Part shown: piece after piece, positions 13,692-26,385 of the stretch
How the letters are laid out: the number at the start of each line of letters is the position of its first letter
How positions within the stretch are numbered: the stretch's first letter is position 1
From: Camelus ferus
Lineage: Eukaryota
NCBI RefSeq assembly: GCF_009834535.1
Contig: NC_045697.1
Coordinates: forward strand, 62,188,001 to 62,252,000
DNA: 64,000 bases
Direction of reading: 5' to 3'
Made by a program: the position numbers and the translations under genes
Notes under the pieces: generated by a model
What the model was told of the DNA's origin: nothing
Databases searched by the model: none
The model's input: the letters and a program-made list of their open reading frames with translations, nothing else

Positions 13692-15989
13692 TGTAGACTC
13701 ATATATCTAGAATGATTCTCACGTGATATTTCAGTTTACCACTAGCTGTGCCCTGCCCACTTCCCTATATCCTCTCAGTCTATGAGATTTCAAACATTAC
13801 AGCTCCAAAACACTGGTCCTGGAAGAGCTCTCTTGGACCATAATTTAAGACCCACCCTGGTCTAGAAAGGAAAATTCCAGAATATCCATTGCAAACTCAA
13901 GTTTACTCTCTGGAAAGTCTTTCTTGTTGTGACTGATGTCCTTTGGGCTGAAGCTAACACCTGTTTCCTCAACTTTAGATTTTAAAGGCAAAAAATCAGA
14001 AATAATTCTTGGCCCCCAAAGGACCTCCTAGATGATTGCTTCACACTTCCCATTTTAAAGATTAAAACACTGAGGACTAAGTGGAATGTGTAACCTGCTT
14101 ATGGTGAGAATTGGTACCAAAACCCACTTAATCCTACCTGGCAGGCCAGCGCGCTTTCTGTTGCCCTAGCCGTACCTTTCTCTCAGACACATACCAGCAT
14201 CACCTGGTTGGTTCTTCATACAGTGCCTTCCACCCATTGATACAAGGTCTGTTAGACCTTACAAAACTTCTGAAGCATAAACAAAGTTATCAACATCAAA
14301 GACCCAAGACAGCAAAGCGATTTGCTGTCCTACTCCAAAGTAGGGGTGGTTCAGAGCAAGGGGAAAACTCTGAATGACCTCTCATTCTGTGTTGAGGACC
14401 TAGAACCTCCACTGGTTCCAGGCTCCATGCTCGGGTTTTGTTTTAAAACCAGGGCCCCACAGGACCCACAGAACCAGGAGGATTTTCTTTTCACATCTAT
14501 TCAAAACTGAAGCCCTGCCGCCATCAGGAAGCTCAAGTTCTTTGCTCACCTTCTGCTTGTGTTTGGGCCAAGTGAAAATCCCTGGGTGGTCGTGGATGCT
14601 TCCAGCATCAAATGGTTTCTGCATAAAATCCAAGCATCTCTCCTGGCCTGATAGCAGGGTTACACCACACACCAAGAAGGATGTGACTAATACCAAATGT
14701 GATTTCAGAGACTCAGCCAGTCCAGACAACTTCTGATAAACATTTAAATAGAGGTCAAGAATGTTTTCCTTTCTGAGGGGAAACTATGCAGTCTATGGTG
14801 TGAGTGGGAGGGAGTAGAGGGGAATAAATCTAAACATCAGCTTCCTCCTTCCATAATTCTTAAGCATTTTAGCAGCAGCCATTTTTAATACCCTGACAGG
14901 ATTTCGTACTTAGAACCCATAGCGGGGAGCAGGCTGAAAAGGAAGAGGGATGGGATCTATGAAGATGGGGCAGTTCCAAAGTGATTACCAAGCAGGTTTA
15001 AAACTAAGCTGGACATTGGGACCGGTTTCCCTGATTCCCACCCTGAGGTCAGGAGTGTTTCCAAACAGTATCCAGTCAAGGCACAATTTAAGTACCCTGG
15101 TTGGGATCCTCATTTCCTATGCTGACAAAAGGGGGAAGCTCTGCCGAGGGAGATGGGCGTTGACTTCCGGGGGAGGAAAGGTGAGGTGGACCCGATGGCA
15201 TCCCTCAGCATCCTTAGCCCACCTGAGGAACTCTGGGAATGTTGGCCAGGGACGGAGAGGAGAGATTGAAGAGCAGAGAGCCAGCACAGATGTCCCCTTC
15301 ACAGGGCAAAAGAAAGCAGCAAAGTTTTTGTGACTCAAAGCATTTTCATTGGTTGTGCTGATCCAGTGTCTTGAGCACTTTCCAGCCCATTGGCTGTTTG
15401 GTTTGTCTCCTCACAGGTGTGTGTTTGAGGGTAGGGGATGTGGTTAAAGACTGGTGTTCTCTCCCCCAGTTCTAAATAAAAAGTAAGAAAAATAAATGTC
15501 ACTCAGCAAGTGCCCTCTAAATGGCAAGAGGGGAGTTCAGTATTGGAAGAAGAGACGTTGATATTAACTTTAGTTAACATCATATATCTGAAATCAAGAT
15601 GCTTTTGAATATGTCAGCTTCAATTTTTTCTGCCATTACCCCTGTGGCCAGGAGCACTGAGGACCAATGTAGGTAGAATGCAATTGTGTCAATTTCTCTC
15701 TTGAATTTTAAGCAGATGGTGAAATGATCTTGTTTTGAACTCTTAAGTATTCCCTTACTCAATTTTAGATATTCTTGCTTTTCTGAGAGTACCCTATTTT
15801 CAAAAGCTAGTCTTCAGAAAGCACATTCACATTCAGAAAGCACATTGTTGATTTGTTCATTCATGTAGTCATTCATTCATTTATTCATTCATTCAAGAGC
15901 CCTCCAGGCTCTGTAATGGGCTCTGCAGGGATGGAAACAGCCATGTCAATGGGCCATTACTCAGAAAAGTGGGAATCGTGGTCAGGATG

Positions 15990-16200
15990 AAAGTTCTGGA
16001 GTTAAACCTACCATAGAATCCTGGCCCTGCTACTGATAAGCTCTGTGCAAGTTATTTAACCTCTAAGAGTCTCCGATTTCTCATCTGTAAAATGGGGCTA
16101 ATAAGCATAAACACCTCATTAGATTCTTGTGAGGATTACCTGAAATAACATACAAAAGAGCCTGCACTGTGCCTGGCATGTAATAAGCTCAGTAAATGGT
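15990..16200 (+). mobile_element. MIR SINE
   Basis: gcaagttatttaacctct...tctcatctgtaaaatgggg...gtgcctggcatgtaataagctcagtaaatg. Boundaries approximate. Confidence 0.8.
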
Positions 16201-16220
16201 GGTAGATGCGGCATTAGTGG

Positions 16221-16673
16221 TGTCGACTGAAATAAATGCGCAGCCTTAAAGTTGAGAGTTATGTTTATTTGGCAGAAGGACTCGAGATCACTCTGAGGGA
16301 CTGCTCCGGAGAGGCAGGGGAGGAGCTAGGATATGTAGGAGCTTTACAACAAAGACCAGGTAGTTGGAACAATAAAAGATTACTTGTTACCTAAAGAAAA
16401 CCAGGCATCTCAAGTTCAAGAATTTAGTGCTTTTCTATGTATGGGAGGAAGCAAACATTTGGGCTTATTCAATCCATTCCTTTGACAAGCACCTAGCTGT
16501 CTAGGGCCAGTATCCTGTCCTTTCTTATTCCGAGTCCGCTCAGAGTGCACGGTTGTGAGTGGCTGCAGAGGCTGGGCTGCAGGCCTATCCTCACTGGGGG
16601 GTGGTGGCAGCCGCTGATGACTTGGTTTCAGCATTCTTTGTTTACTGATATGGTTGCAGTATTTTCGTTCACA
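16221..16673 (-). mobile_element. Solo LTR, ERV1 class (MER41-like by recollection)
   Basis: 453 bp bounded by TGT...ACA, 4-bp TSD GTGG (16217-16220, 16674-16677), minus-strand AATAAA about 45 nt from its 3' end, many CpGs retained. Confidence 0.85.
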
Positions 16674-16886
16674 GTGGTGATGGTAAGGGTAGAGTAATTT
16701 GTATTGTTAACAATTATTAGTATTAGTGAAACAAATAGCACAAGAGTGAAAGAGCAAAGCAAAAGTGATAGATTTCAGCAGGGGAGAGATTGCAGGACAG
16801 GAGATACCTGGGAAGATTCATAGAAGACTTGCTGGCTTTCTTTCCCTTATTTTTTTCAATTACATCTTAGTGGAGATACTGGGAAA

Positions 16887-17046
16887 TTCCTTTCCCTTTG
16901 CATTCCATTTTCTATTACATTCCTGAAGACTAAGCTTTGGTATGGAATTCAGCATTTGCATTGACCTTGGAGTGCCAAGGTAATTATTCTGTCAATTATT
17001 TGACTTTTTAAAGTGTGCTTACCTTGAAGAACCTCTACAAAGGGGA
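16887..17046 (+). repeat. Local direct duplication, copy 1
   Basis: Aligns by eye to 18703-18880. Confidence 0.9.
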
Positions 17047-18104
17047 ACCCTGTTAATGTGTAACATGGAGATAAGCAAAGCGCTGTTCCTTCTTCCCTTT
17101 TTTTTTTTTTTTTTTTTCTGGCTGTTCAAGTGGAAAAGTGCAATCGGTTCTCTTTGCATCTCACCGAGCATGAATGGTGGGGGAGAAAAGGCTTTTACTA
17201 ATGAAGTACAGCAGAATATGACTTTAGCAACACGAAATGCAGTGAATTTATTCACTGCAATTTATTTTGGTTTTAAGGGGGAAAAAGGAAATTACGAGAC
17301 AACATAATACCTTACTTGAAAAAGTGACAAGAAGACAGCAAAGAGGATACTCTCGAGTTGAACCAAGTAGTTGTGTGCTTCTGTCCTAGATGGAATGAGT
17401 GGTCCCTACTTGCATGGACAGCAAGGTCATTTTTCTCACCCTAAATAGCAGGTACTAATCACCCGTGCTAGAGACAACACAAGGAACAAGAAGAAACGAG
17501 CCTGTGCAGCAGGAGGCACTGAGTTGAGCCGGAGGATCAGGGACCCTGTGGGCAGGAGCTAGCTCTGCCCAGATGGCAGCTGCCTGGCTAGCAGGGGTGG
17601 ATGGTGGGGCTGGTCTCCTCAAGTCCTAACAACTTTGTTGGGAACTTTCCATTGTTAGAGAAACCTCCTTGTCATCATCCAACTGCATTTCTGAAATGCC
17701 TGTCTGTGCTTAGGGCTCTGTGAGCTCAGGATTAGCCAGCCCTCCAGGGATGTGGTCTGCATCACAAAGAACAGAGAAGCATGGCACAGAAAGTTTAAAT
17801 AAAACAACAACAACGACAGCAACAACTAAGCCCACAAGTGAATGGGCAGTGCATACTAATGCACATCTGTGTCACTGGCCCATCAAGGGTAAGGGTGCTC
17901 TGTGGGCAGGGATGAAGAGGAATTGACGATTAGGAATGAAGCTCTGGAATTTAGACCTAGAAGATCTATGGTGAAGACTGAGGGGAAGAGACTGGAAGCC
18001 AACACTGGATCTTGTACCACTTCTCCATCAGCTGCAGCAAGTAGTGGTTGGCTTGTATGTTGGTTAGTTCATATGTCAAGGCAGAATTTTAGGTTACGTA
18101 TAAG

Positions 18105-18290
18105 GTAGTATGGGATAATGGTTAGGAACCTGGGTTCTAGAACCAAATTGCCTGGTTTTGAATCCCAGCTCTACCATTTATAAACCTTGTGACTTTAGGC
18201 AAATCACTGAACTTTCCTGTGCCTCAGTTTTCTCCTCTGTAAAATGGGAGATAGCCCTAACCTCACTGAGTTGTTGAGAGAGTTAAATTG
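18105..18290 (+). mobile_element. MIR SINE
   Basis: ttgaatcccagctctaccatt...gtgactttaggcaaatcactgaactttcctgtgcctcagttttctcctctgtaaaatggg. Confidence 0.8.
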
Positions 18291-18499
18291 CCACCCATCT
18301 GAATGCCCATGGTGAGCAGTGGGCATGTGGTGGGGAGCTGAGGGGCAGGACTGAGCTGAGAGGGGAAGCAGTTAACATAGAATAGGATAATAGAGTAAGG
18401 TATTAGAAGGAACTATGAAAGCCATTTAGTCTATACTCCTCCATAACCAAGAAGACAAATCCTATCCCACTTTAAAATAATTATTTTGAAATCATAAAT

Positions 18500-18690
18500 A
18501 ACAGTGACCATTTATTGAGTGCTCGCTGTGTGCCAGACAGCCTAGGAAGCCCTGTGCATGCATCACAACAGTCCCAGGAGGCCTGAGTACTTATTGTCAC
18601 CCCATTTTATAGATGAGAAAACTGAGGCTCAAAATGTTAGGTAACTTATCCAACATCTCTTAGATCTGTCTGAATCCAGAGGTGATGTTC
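18500..18690 (-). mobile_element. MIR SINE
   Basis: catttattgagtgctcgctgtgtgccag...cccattttatagatgagaaaactgaggctc. Confidence 0.8.
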
Positions 18691-18702
18691 ACAACACAGC
18701 GG

Positions 18703-18880
18703 TTCCTTCCCCTTTGCTTTCCATTTTCTGTTACATTCCTGAAGATTAAAGCTTTGGGACAGAATTAGACCAAAGGCTGCATCTCAGCATTTGCATTGGA
18801 CTTGGAGTGCCAGGGTCATTGTTCTATAAATTATTTAACTTTTTAAAGTATACTTATCTTGAAGAACCTCTGCAAAGGGA
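18703..18880 (+). repeat. Local direct duplication, copy 2
   Basis: Aligns to 16887-17046 with an extra 18 nt (agaccaaaggctgcatct). Confidence 0.9.
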
Positions 18881-21800
18881 GGACTGATTTATTGTGTTCT
18901 ATGGTCTAGCTGAAGCAATTGTTGAATATCCATGAATACATGCCTTATTATGTTTTGTTCTATATAAATCCAGGGCACTGTATTTTGAGAAATACTTTAA
19001 TTCCATTAATCTTGAGTAAATCATTTCCCAGTGCTAGGTTAGCTATTGAAAAGGAATGATAATATTAAGTAATAAAAAATTTTCCTTCAGAATCAATACA
19101 TCATTTGTTTGGATTTGATTGAAATTGTGACTAAAATGAAGAATTCATCTCTGACAGCTGTCCACCATTGCTCATCCACACACGATTGCATTTTATGCAA
19201 GTCTGTTTACTGTTAGAGGTCTTTAACTGCTGACAAACACTTTGTTACCTTGACCTTAAATATGTGATGTGTCTTTGATCTTAGTGCTTCCTTCTGGAGT
19301 TACTACAGTCAAGACTTCTCATTCCCTGACATGGTATCCTTTCAGATGTTAGAAAAGATATTTAACAAGCTGTCCCCTACTCCAGGCTTCTCTTCTTTAA
19401 GCTAAGTACCCACATCGTCTTGTGTGTTGGTTTTCAGATTCCACACCAGTCTCTGATGGCTGGCTTCCACTCTTACCCTCTTGAACAAGACCCGGGGCTA
19501 CAGGACTGGCTGGGTCAGTACAGAGCACACTGGAGCCACGGTCTCACACAAATGCAGACTGAGATAACTGGTCTCCAGTCTCATAGCCTCAGTGATGTCA
19601 TGGTGGGTTCCTTGATTAAATAATAAAGGCAAAGTAACAGGCAGGGGCCAAAAGAAGGATTTCCCAAAACTGTTTTTGGGTGGTCCATAGTGGAGGCTTC
19701 ACGTCATTGCTATAGTTTGTATTTCAGGTGAGAGTTCCTCACTGTATTGGTTCTAACAAAGAGATCCTTGCTATTCAGGATTTGTATAGACTGTTCCTAA
19801 GTTCCCAGGCACAAGTTCTAAAAATGGAGGGCTGGTCCTTCTTTTCATAATAAAGGACATTTGTAGCTATGTTTATCACAGATCCATGTTACAAATAGAC
19901 AAGGATGCGTGGAGATTTAAAGTCAAATATTGAAATCATCACGCGGCTCTTCTTTGATCCAACTCCTACACTGCTCTGCTTTGCATCTGCCCTTTTTCTC
20001 AGATATGAAATTATTGGGCTTTATTTTTCCACTTGTCAAATTCTCTTCAGCTTTTTAACTGCTGTGTTGAACTCTTCTTTCCCTTAAAGGCATTTGGTTA
20101 TTTTTTTTTTTTAATGTTTTTGCTTCACTGAAGCTTAGTGTGCTTTTTATGGTTTTCTAGTTACCTTGCAGAAATCTCATTAGAAAAGCACTTTAATATA
20201 TTACTTGGCAACCAGACATCTGACAGTGTTCTAGTTCATTAGTTAGGAAACCTCCCCAGGCTCGAAGGAATGGACATTCCTCGGTGAATTGGGAGGCTTT
20301 GATCACTCCTACAGGGGCCAGGATTTATTTTAATGCATTTGGCGAGGAAGGGGAAGATCTGGCAAAATAAAAATAACACTGATTGAGAAAACAATGAGGC
20401 ATTCTTGAAAAAAAAAATTGCCCTGAAGTTAATATTATTCTCCAGTATCTCCTGAGTCCTTTGAAGACAGAGCTCGTTTTAGAAAATGGATCTCCTTTCA
20501 TGGGCAAGAGGCTAGCTAAACAGCCTCACACCAGATCACAGATTACATTGAAATGATCCTAATGAGGTTAGACTTTTCAAAGCTATATTCATTTTACCAT
20601 GAATAAATGGATTCAAGTCTTATTCGTGGGTTTTTAATTTTCAACTTTGAATTTGCAAACTGTCAAATTCCTTCAAAGCTCTGGTGTGCAGAGAAGGCTC
20701 GGAGTAATAGGATTCGCTTGATTTTTAAAGAAAGATGCCCTTTAGCAAAGCACGAGGCTTTGAAATGGGATCAGTCGAGGGTCCAACAGGCATGGATTTC
20801 CCCCACATGACACTGTTTCTTGTTGAGTTCCAACCAGATTTAATATTGCTTGTACGAAAATGCTACCCCGCGGCTTCTACTGCATTCAAAGTAGATAATG
20901 CTGTATTGTTTTAACACAGATGCTACCAAATGAAGTATAATTTAAGTTCCTGAAGCCTGGCAATACTTGGATGCTGGTGACTTTTTTTTTAGGAGCTGTA
21001 TCTTTTTTCTTTTAACTGAAAGACTTGAAGCAGACTGTGTGAAAAAGGTGTTAAAAAAGACGGCTCAGTTATTAGAAGGGTATAAACAGGGCAGAACACA
21101 AGTGGTCATGTGAAAGAAGGGCCTCCTCCAACTTCAAGAGGTGAAGGGAAAGGAATGAAGCGCTTTGGCAAGAGTGACATGAAGCCCTGAAGTTAGGCTG
21201 GAGAGGAAGCCAGTGTCCCACGTAGTGAGAGACGTGAAGCCTGAGGTGCTTCTCTTTAGACTTTAGACTTGCTTGATTGACAGGCAGAATCCAGATGCCA
21301 GTAATGACTCACTTGCACCTTTTAAAACCTTCCGAGGCAGGTGGGAGAGAGGAAACGGAGGGGCAGAAACAAACAAACAGAAGGTTTAGTTCTGGGTGAG
21401 AGGCGTATTTTCCAAAGAGGAAAGCAAGGTAGGCAGTTTGGAGACCGGCTGCTCAGACCATGATCTGCCGTGTGAGCTGCTGGCCTCGGGAAGGTTCCTA
21501 AATCCACCCCACTCACCCCACCACTCCCGCCCCACTCCACTGTGTTTCCTCCCCTTGTGCATCAGGGGTCACAGGGGCCCCTGTGCCGAGGGTCAGGTAA
21601 GATTACACACTTTAGAAAGGTCTCCACAAATGAGCAGTGATGGTGGGGAAGTGAGAGGCGGGGGTGGTGACTGTGGTATACATCCCAGCTGACTTAGAGC
21701 CTGGCCAGTTACTTCGTCGCCTGCAAGCTTGAGTCTTCCTCAAAAGGCCCACCTTACTCTGACCCTCCTGATACAGAGACTAGTCATCTTGGGCAGTTCT

Positions 21801-24800
21801 GAGACTTTCTTTGTAACCACCTCCCTTGCGCAGCAAGAGTTCACAGTCCACAGACAAAAGCTGTTCAAGACAAGTCCTCCTAAACAGACCCAAAGTTATG
21901 AAAGCCAGTGTGGAGACCTGCTTTCCTGAGCACTCAGACATCCTCCACACCAAGTAGTCTGCCCTCTGTATCCATGGGTTTCACATCCACAGATACCGGG
22001 AGCCTGCTGTGTTCATAGTACTACACCTTCAGCCCCTGCTGTGCACACCGGGGGTGCACAGTGGGCACAATACCAGCGTGGCTCCCATAGACCTGCTATG
22101 ATACTGACTGAGGCCTGTCTCCTTGGCTAGGCTGAGGATGGGCATTGGGACTGTGGGCTGGCGGTGATGGCCCAGCATGTGCTGTTAAAGGATCCCCACC
22201 CACTGAATGACCACCCAGGCAAAACCAAGGGTGGCTGTCTTACCTTGCGTGTGTTGGAACCCACCAGTGTGGGAGACCTGGCCCTGCTTGGTCTAAGCCT
22301 GAGTGATGAAGAACCTGGGACAGTGTCAGACTGAAAGCAAACGTTTGTTTGTTAGCACAAATGGAGGAGGGAAATAGGCCTGCGAGAACTCAGGGCCTCG
22401 GCAGGCCTCCTACTGGCCAGCCCTTCTCTGCTTACCCATGCAGAACTGGCCTGATTCGATGAGACGTGCGTGCACTCAGTGGCAGCTTGGAACACTGTAG
22501 TGCTGGACTAGAGGAGGCTTTCCAGGGGCTGTGGTGGAGGAACATGCGTTGTGAATTCCAAGCTAGCTTTTCATACCCCAGATATATAAAACAGTGCCTT
22601 CAGTAGGTCCTGGAGTTGTGCATTGATGGGCACCACTTTTGGCTGAATTTCACTCATGCTGCAACTTGTACCAAATCACATACTTCGTCCAGCCAGGTTT
22701 CATCACCGCCACATGCACAAGGACTGAGGGGCTCCGTTAACCAGGTGAGCCTGGTGTTTTGGGAGCAGAAGGAATAGAACATAGTGTAAAAGGAACACGT
22801 GTAGGGAAAGCCTATCTGCAGGCAAATTGACCTTTTTAAATTAGCAGTTTTATTTCAATAAATTCTTTAATACATTGTATTGTACCGTTAACATCGATCC
22901 TCAAAATGGATCACATTTGCTTTTTAGGAAGAATTCATCTTAATCAAATAGAAAAATGCACTGAGGTCATTGCTCATTGTTCATTGTTCATTACCCCTCC
23001 CCCCAATTTGTGACCTGGCTTGAGTCATCTTAGACATCCAGAGAGAAGTGTTTTTATTTAAGCTTTTGGTGGTTCATTTGGCATATTTCTATTTGAGAAT
23101 GATGATGGTCTCATGGAGGTTCAGGCCTGCAGTCAGAGATTGAGAAGCTTCCATCATTATAAACGTGGCCTGGGGCGCCCACCTCATTTGAACTAGAGCA
23201 CAATGCAGAGTGATTTGGGTCTGACTTCTTAACTCCCACAAACGAATCTTTTTAAGTGGTGTGCACTTTTTTCTGTCCCCAAAGGGATTCGTTAAATGTG
23301 ATTTTTCAGCAGGAAATGTGCTTTCTTCGATTTGTTAGCCATAATGGAAATACACAGATAAACAGAATCTGTGTGATTATAATAAAATAATCACACTTGG
23401 GGAGGGGAAGCGGACGGGACAGAGGAAACAAAGCTAAAAAAAGGTCTCTTTAACATGAAATGAGTATCTCTTTGGTTTTCACTTTTATTTAAACCAGCCT
23501 CCTCTTTATAAAATTAATTTCTTAATAAGATAGTATTATCCAGCGAGTCTGATCAACATTTTGAAGAAAATACCTCTTGCTCTGGGAAGACTTTAGAAGA
23601 AAGAAAATCTCACCTAAGATCCCTGTAGGAAATGTAAAGAGAACTCCTGGTGCTGAAGGCTCCTGATGGCGAACCTCCCATTTGTGTTTTGTTGTGAGGG
23701 ACCACACACAACCCAGAGAGAGAGAGATCTCAGGCATGGGAGGTTCCATGAGGCCAGCCTATGGATCCTGCCCAGCTTCTGTTCATTTGCATCTCAATTT
23801 TTCATTCCTCTCTTCCGCTCCCTCCAGCCCCGCAGACTGGGGCCCTCTGGACTCAGGGCCATTCGGGCTTCGACCCCAGTTTGAATTTCCTTCCTGGGCA
23901 AGTCAGTGTGTCTTGATGGTGAATTTCTGTCCCGAAACAATACAAGGAGAGGATATAACAGGTTCCTTCATCCTGAGTCCTGGGAGCACGCCCGGAGGAA
24001 GGCCTGAGCATTGTGGGCCTGGTGGAAGCCCACCTGGGGGTCAGTCACCGCCCTGGGGCCCCGCTCATGACTGGGCAGAGGGCTCAGAACATTTCTCTAG
24101 ACTTGGCCAGAAAGGCCTTTCTCAGAGCTTTGGCTTTTCTCTCCCGTCCTTCAGAAGAGTTCTGCACCTGACACTGGCAATGGAAAAGCTCGACAGAAGT
24201 TAGCTTTTAATGTTTAAAAAAAAAGTCAGCAAGTTGAAGACTGACTGAAGAGAAAGCATACTCCAGCTGCCAGTCAGCTTTGAAAGCATTAGTGTGTGTT
24301 CTAAATGTAAACATAATCTGTCCCTTTCTCCTGGTCCTTGTAACACTCAAAGCTTCGTTCCTCTACCCTCCCTGCCTTCCACCAGTCCCACTCCTGATTT
24401 ACTGCAGGGCAGTGCTAATGATGTACATGCATCGTGAAAATTCAGCCTTTCATGTGCCATTTCCTCTTTTTTGATACTTTCTTTCTCTCTTTTTGTGGAA
24501 AATGATGCAACAGAATCTTGCCATCTCTATCAATCATGTATCAATTTATAGAATGTATTTCAGTCTTAGTTTTCTCTGCTGTTACTGACATATTGCTGGG
24601 CTCCTCCTATTGGCATTAGCTTATTGCTTATCTGAGTCTTCACTGGCTTCTGTTGTGCTCTGTTCTCTTGGTTATTGTGTCTGCAGGTCTTGGCTCTAAG
24701 GAAAATTAGATAGTGAACTGGTAATATCAATCCCTTGATTGGAGTTTAGCTTTTCCAGTGCTCAGGTGTTTTTTCAGCCTGCTTTTTTTTTTTTTTGAAA

Positions 24801-25094
24801 CCTCAACATATCTCCAGATCATGGATTCCCAAACTTCTTGGAATGCAACATCCTGTCCTTATGTTTGGTTTGTGTGAAATCCTACCTCCTTTCCCACCCT
24901 ACCAATCCTTTAGGAAGAAGAGAGCAACATTTTTGTTTCTTAATGTAAAAACAAGTAAAACATTTTCTTAGTTTTGAAAGGGTCTGGTGATGATATGACA
25001 CTCCAGGGTGTGTTGGAAAAGGCTGTAGAATGTTGCCGAAAAGGAATCACTGCTGTGAATCTTAGAATGAGATAATTTTAATCTTACTATTTCC

Positions 25095-25415
25095 CTTTTT
25101 TTAAATTGAGGTAGAAAACACACAACATGAAATCTACCCCCTTAACAAATTGTTACATACAGTATTGTTAGATATATGCACATTGTTGTACAGCAGATTT
25201 CTAGAACTTTTTTCTTCTTGCATGAATGTTGAATGTCCCCATTCCCTGCTCCCCACCAGCCCCTGGCAACCACCTTCTACTTTCTGCTTCTATGAGTTGG
25301 ACAGCTTTAGGTATCTCCTGTAAGTGGAAGCATGTGGTATTTAACTTTCTGTGACTGGCTTACCTCTCTTAGCCTAGTGTCCTCAGAGTTCATCTGTGTT
25401 GTAGTATACGGCAGG
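25095..25415 (-). mobile_element. Old L1 (L1MA/L1MB-like) 3' end
   Basis: ccagccctggcaaccaccttctactttctgcttctatgagtt...taagtggaagcatgtggtattt...tctgtgactggctta. Confidence 0.8.
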
Positions 25416-25863
25416 TTAATCCCACCCACTATTCCCTAAAATGTAAATACAAGACTTTTAAGAAAATAAAAAGTGTCTTGTATTTTCTATAGACTGTTTA
25501 AGGTTACATATGCTCATAGTTAAGGCTTATGTTTTGAGGACCCTGGGGAGATAAAAGGTCCAATTTGTTTTTATATAATGATGAAGTAACATTAAAAATT
25601 CTAGGATAGCATGTACAAAGAATAGTCTTTGAAAATATATATTATTCCAGTGATCTTCTTGGGTTTGAGCCATTATGACCCAATAAGTGTTCATCCAGGA
25701 AGACTGTATAAATGTCAAGGGGTGGGGGTGGGGGTTGTCCTAATGGGGAAAGGACTTTCTGACAAGAACAGAACAAGCAAATTAAAAAAAAACTCCTCCA
25801 AAAAAAGATGATGATTAATTAAGGGACAACTCTAGTCGACAGTAGAGAAAGTTCAAAGATGTT

Positions 25864-26385
25864 GTATTAGTTATTTATTGCTACACAATGAATTAGTCCA
25901 AAACTTGCAGTCTAAGTAAACAACAACGAGTATTTATTATCTTATACAGTCTCTGTGGGTCAGAAATTTGGGACTGGTTTATCTAGGTAGTTTTTGGCCT
26001 GGAGTCTCTCATGAGGTTGCAGTCAAGATGTCAGTGGGGACTAGAGTCGTCTGAAGGTTTGAGGCTGACTGAAGGATCTGTTTCCAGACGACTCACTCAC
26101 ATGACTCTGTCATGAGGACTTAGTTCCTCATCATGTGGACCTCTCCATTGGGCTGCTTGAGCATCCTGACAACATGGCACCTGGCTCCTCCCAGAGCAAG
26201 TGCTCTAAGAAAAAGCAAGAAGGAAGCTGCAATGCCTTTAATGACCTAGTGTCAGAATTCACACATTGTCATTTCCATCGCATTCTGTTCATTTAAAAGG
26301 GAGTCACTAAGTCTAGCCCACATTCAAGGGGAGCACAATTAGCACCTAAAAAGGGAGGATTTGATAAGGGGTTGGGAGACCTGTG
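25864..26385. mobile_element. MLT1-type MaLR solo LTR remnant
   Basis: Starts tgtattagttatttattgct; internal tctgtgggtcagaaatttggg, aagtcactaagtctagcccacattcaagggga-type MLT1 motifs. Confidence 0.75.

Noticed and set aside
23682..24203. 173-aa ORF on + strand
   Set aside because: Non-ATG start, Pro/Gly/Ser-rich, no recognisable domain; expected in GC-rich intron.
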